Shown here in pieces: positions 62,490-64,000 of a stretch of 64,000 nt of DNA. The position numbers and the translations under genes were made by a program. The number at the start of each line of letters is the position of its first letter. Position 1 is the stretch's first letter. The notes below the pieces were generated by a model. It worked only from the letters and a program-made list of their open reading frames with translations, searched no databases and had not been told where the DNA came from. Source of the DNA: the human T2T-CHM13v2.0 reference genome, Homo sapiens; NCBI RefSeq assembly GCF_009914755.1, contig NC_060925.1. One strand, written 5' to 3'.

Positions 62490-63850
62490 TACTTTCTTTT
62501 CTTTTCTGTTCTTTTTAAATTGACATATAATAACTCTACATATTTATGGGGTGAATAGTGAGGTTTTGATACATATTTTGTATAGTGATCAGATCCAAGT
62601 AATTAGCATATCCATTATCTCAAACATTTATCATTTCTTTGTGTTGGTAACATTCAATATCTTCTTTCTCATTATTTGAAACTAGACGGATAGGTAGATT
62701 GATAGATAGATAGATGGATAGCACAGTCATCCTCCAGAGCTGTATATCATTACAACTTATATCTTGTATCTGGCTATAATTTTGTATCCTTTAACAAATT
62801 TCTCCCTGTCTCCCCTTCTCCTGGCAATTCCCAGCCTCTAGTATCCCCTACTATACTTTTTACTTCTATGAGATCCACATACTTGCGCTTCTGCATATGA
62901 ATACAAATATACAGTGTTTAGCTTTCTGTTAACATGCTTGTTTCACTTAACACAATGTCCTCCAGTTCCATTCAGCCTTCTACAAATGACATAATTCCAG
63001 CCTTTTTATGGCTGAATAGTATTCCATGATGTACATATCACGTTTTTAAAAATCTATTCATCTGTCGTTGGACACATAGGTTGACTCCATATCTTGACTA
63101 TTGTGAGTAGCACTGCAATGAACATGGGGTGTGCAGGTGTCTCTTTGAAATATTGACTTCCTTTCCTTTACATTAGTGGATTTTTTTGTCTTTTTGATAA
63201 TAGCCATCCGAACTGGGGTGATATGATACCTTATTGTGGTTTTGATTTGCATTTCCCTGATTATTCGTGATGTTAAGCTTTTTTTCATATATTTGTTTAC
63301 CATTTGTATGTATTCTTTCAAAAATATCTGTTCAAATCATTTGCCCATTTTTAAATCAGATTGTTGGGTTTTTTTTTACTGATGAGATGTTTGAGTTTAT
63401 TCTATATTCTGGATATTAATTTCCCAGTGGATGAATGGTTTGCAAATATTTTCTCCCATTCTATAGTTGCCTTTTCACTCTGTTGTCGATCGTTTTCTTT
63501 GCCCTGCAGAAGCTCTTTAGTTTGATACAATCTCATTTGTTTATTTTTACTTTTGTTGCCTGTACTTTCGAGGTCTTATTTAAAATTTTTCCCCAAACCA
63601 ATGCCCTAAAGTGTTTCTCCTATATTTTTTTTCTAGTAGTTTTACAGTTTGGGGTCTTACATTTAGGTCTTTGATCCATTTTGAGTTGATTTGTGTATAG
63701 GATGACAGATGCAGGTCTAGTTTCATTCTTCTGCATGAAATATCCAGTTTTCTCAGTACCATTTATTGAAGAGATAATCCTTTCCCTGATGACTGTTCTT
63801 GTCACCTTTGTCAAAAATTAGTTAGCTATAGACACATAGATTAATTTATC
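62490..63850 (-). mobile_element. L1MA-type 3' end and ORF2 C-terminus
   Basis: aattgacatataat...catatttatggggt...; ORF remnants [25 protein letters not shown] and [15 protein letters not shown]. Confidence 0.88.
62683..62720 (+). repeat. (GATA)n degenerate microsatellite
   Basis: agacggataggtagattgatagatagatagatggata. Confidence 0.8.
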
Positions 63851-64000
63851 CACCCAATGGTCATAAATCAGAAAAATTAATATTGTTAAAATGACCATAC
63901 TACCCAATCTACAGATTCAATGCACCCCTATCAAAATACCAATTGCCTTCTTCACAGAAATAGATAAAAATCTTAAAATTTGTATGGAACCAGAAAAGAC
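63851..64000 (+). mobile_element. Inverted L1 ORF2 segment (runs off the window)
   Basis: Sense-strand L1 text aatattgttaaaatgaccatactaccc...tctacagattcaatgca...ttcttcacagaaatag abutting the antisense L1MA. Confidence 0.85.

Overview
Primate (human-like) non-coding genomic DNA: AT-rich, CpG-depleted and made up largely of decayed interspersed repeats. These include about 11 Alu/FLAM copies (J, S and Y age), several L1 fragments (L1ME/MC/MA/P), L2 and MIR remnants, MaLR LTRs (MLT1, MSTA, a complete THE1D provirus), ERV LTRs (MLT2, MER52, MER21) and DNA-transposon fossils (MER5A, MER58A, MER91A, MER46C, Tigger2a). I found no credible protein-coding exon, structured RNA gene or CpG island. The listed ORFs are chance frames or decayed L1/Alu/LTR frames, and I cannot name the locus. 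Repeat families were assigned from memory of consensus sequences, so subfamily labels and boundaries of old elements are approximate. I found no new biological system. The most notable unexplained features are small rearrangement scars: (i) a 48-bp-arm hairpin at 15955-16073; (ii) a ~98-bp copy of nearby unique DNA inside an L1, beside a palindrome/direct-repeat scar (10318-10414 vs 12123-12221); (iii) a ~135-bp inverted duplication adjoining a tail-less Alu (55573-56499); (iv) a perfect 53-bp duplication that doubles an AP-1/GGAAA motif in a MER52 LTR; (v) a 1.1-kb AT-rich repeat that expanded inside an L1 endonuclease region. Alu and L1 copies lie mostly on the minus strand, which suggests an intron of a plus-strand gene.
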